A stretch of DNA of 64,000 nt. Source: an uncultured Mollicutes bacterium (GTDB lineage Bacteria > Bacillota_I > Bacilli_A > RFN20 > CAG-826). Shown here in pieces: positions 62,981-64,000 of the stretch (its first letter is position 1; each line of letters opens with the position of its first letter). The stretch is from positions 23,400 to 87,399 of the forward strand of contig URQK01000001.1 in NCBI GenBank assembly GCA_900549975.1, written 5' to 3'. The notes beneath the pieces are model-generated. The model made no database searches, was not told the origin of the DNA, and saw only the letters and a program-made list of their open reading frames with translations. Position numbers and translations under genes: made by a program.

Positions 62981-64000
62981 ATGGCAAAAGAAAAATTTGA
63001 TAGAAGTAAAGTCCACGTTAATATTGGTACTATCGGTCACGTTGACCATGGTAAAACAACATTAACAGCGGCCATCACTAATGTTTTAGCTAAACAAGGT
63101 GGTGCTAAGGCTACAGCATATGACCAAATCGATGCTGCACCAGAAGAAAAAGCTCGTGGTATAACAATTAACACAGCTCACATTGAGTACACAACTGCAA
63201 AACGTCACTACGCTCACGTAGACTGTCCGGGACACGCTGACTATGTTAAAAACATGATCACCGGTGCTGCTCAAATGGATGGCGCTATCTTAGTTGTTGC
63301 TGCAACTGATGGTGTTATGCCTCAAACTCGTGAACACATCTTACTTGCTCGTCAAGTTGGTGTTCCTTACATCGTTGTCTTCTTAAATAAGACAGACTTA
63401 GTTGATGATCCAGAATTAATCGACTTAGTTGAAATGGATGTCCGTGAATTATTAAATTCATATGGCTATCCAGGAGACGAAACTCCAATTATCCGTGGCT
63501 CTGCAAGATTAGCTCTTGATGGAGATCCAGAAGCTGAAAAAGCAATTCTTGAATTAATGGATGCTGTTGATACATATATCCCAGATCCAGTTCGTTCAAA
63601 TGACTTACCATTCTTACTCCCAATCGAAGACGTACTTACAATTACAGGTCGTGGTACTGTCGTTACTGGTAGAGTTGAACGTGGTATGTTAAAATTAAAC
63701 GACGAAGTTGAAATCGTTGGTATTAAACCTACTAAGAAGTCTGTTGTTACAGGTATCGAAATGTTCCGTAAATTATTAGACTTCGCTGAAGCTGGAGATA
63801 ACGTCGGTGTATTACTCCGTGGCGTTAACCGTGATGAAGTAGTTCGTGGCCAAGTTCTTGCTAAACCAGGATCAGTTACTCCACATACAAAATTCGTTGC
63901 TTCTGTATACGTTTTAACAAAAGAAGAAGGTGGACGTCATACCGCTTTCTTATCTAACTATCGTCCTCAATTCTATTTCCGTACAACTGATATTACAGGT
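62981..64000 (+). CDS. tuf: Elongation factor Tu (3' end beyond the window)
   Basis: [28 protein letters not shown] and DCPGHADY motifs. AAGGAGG RBS. The frame is open to the window end. Confidence 0.95.
   Translation, partial: MAKEKFDRSKVHVNIGTIGHVDHGKTTLTAAITNVLAKQGGAKATAYDQIDAAPEEKARGITINTAHIEYTTAKRHYAHVDCPGHADYVKNMITGAAQMDGAILVVAATDGVMPQTREHILLARQVGVPYIVVFLNKTDLVDDPELIDLVEMDVRELLNSYGYPGDETPIIRGSARLALDGDPEAEKAILELMDAVDTYIPDPVRSNDLPFLLPIEDVLTITGRGTVVTGRVERGMLKLNDEVEIVGIKPTKKSVVTGIEMFRKLLDFAEAGDNVGVLLRGVNRDEVVRGQVLAKPGSVTPHTKFVASVYVLTKEEGGRHTAFLSNYRPQFYFRTTDITG

Overview
The window is low-GC chromosomal DNA that uses the standard genetic code: TAA is the usual stop, and long ORFs such as rpoB and rpoC stay intact, so TGA is not read as Trp. 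It carries most of the conserved translation and transcription core of a Firmicutes/Mollicutes-affiliated bacterium. The lipoprotein-rich, L30-less, Bacillus-like sigH-rpmG-secE-nusG layout suggests an Acholeplasma- or Erysipelotrichia-like lineage; this is inference only.

Genes found, from 5' to 3':
- a cluster of four surface lipoprotein genes flanking a lone tRNA-Ala(CGC)
- a CPA2 cation/proton antiporter
- a Cys-rich beta-helix protein
- udk
- a phnD(split)-phnC-phnE-phnE transporter operon, followed by a P-loop kinase and a PhnP-like MBL hydrolase
- tgt-queA-queH
- the complete S10-spc-alpha ribosomal protein operons (rpsJ to rplQ, with secY, adk, map, infA and rpmJ, but no rpmD)
- a TspO-like membrane protein
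- a hydC-hydB-hydA trimeric [FeFe] hydrogenase operon
- cysS, mgtC, rlmB, a SigH-like sigma factor, rpmG-secE-nusG
- an inserted OB-fold/Big_2 lipoprotein
- rplKAJL, a small methyltransferase, rpoB and rpoC
- two inserted tandem M6-like (HExxH) metalloprotease lipoproteins
- rpsL-rpsG-fusA and the 5' part of tuf

I found no CRISPR arrays, transposases or integrases.

Most worth a second look:
- HydA has TSCSPGW instead of the canonical TSCCPxW H-cluster motif, with a compensating Ala-to-Cys change nearby.
- phnD is interrupted by a single in-frame TAA.
- Accessory lipoprotein genes, each with its own promoter and terminator, are inserted into the nusG/rplK and rpoC/rpsL junctions.
- A kinase plus PhnP-like hydrolase sit after the phn transporter with no C-P lyase core.
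- An 11-mer is repeated upstream of the hydrogenase operon.

A local text inconsistency near 18061-18121 affects the queA/queH junction; I followed the ORF-track coordinates there.
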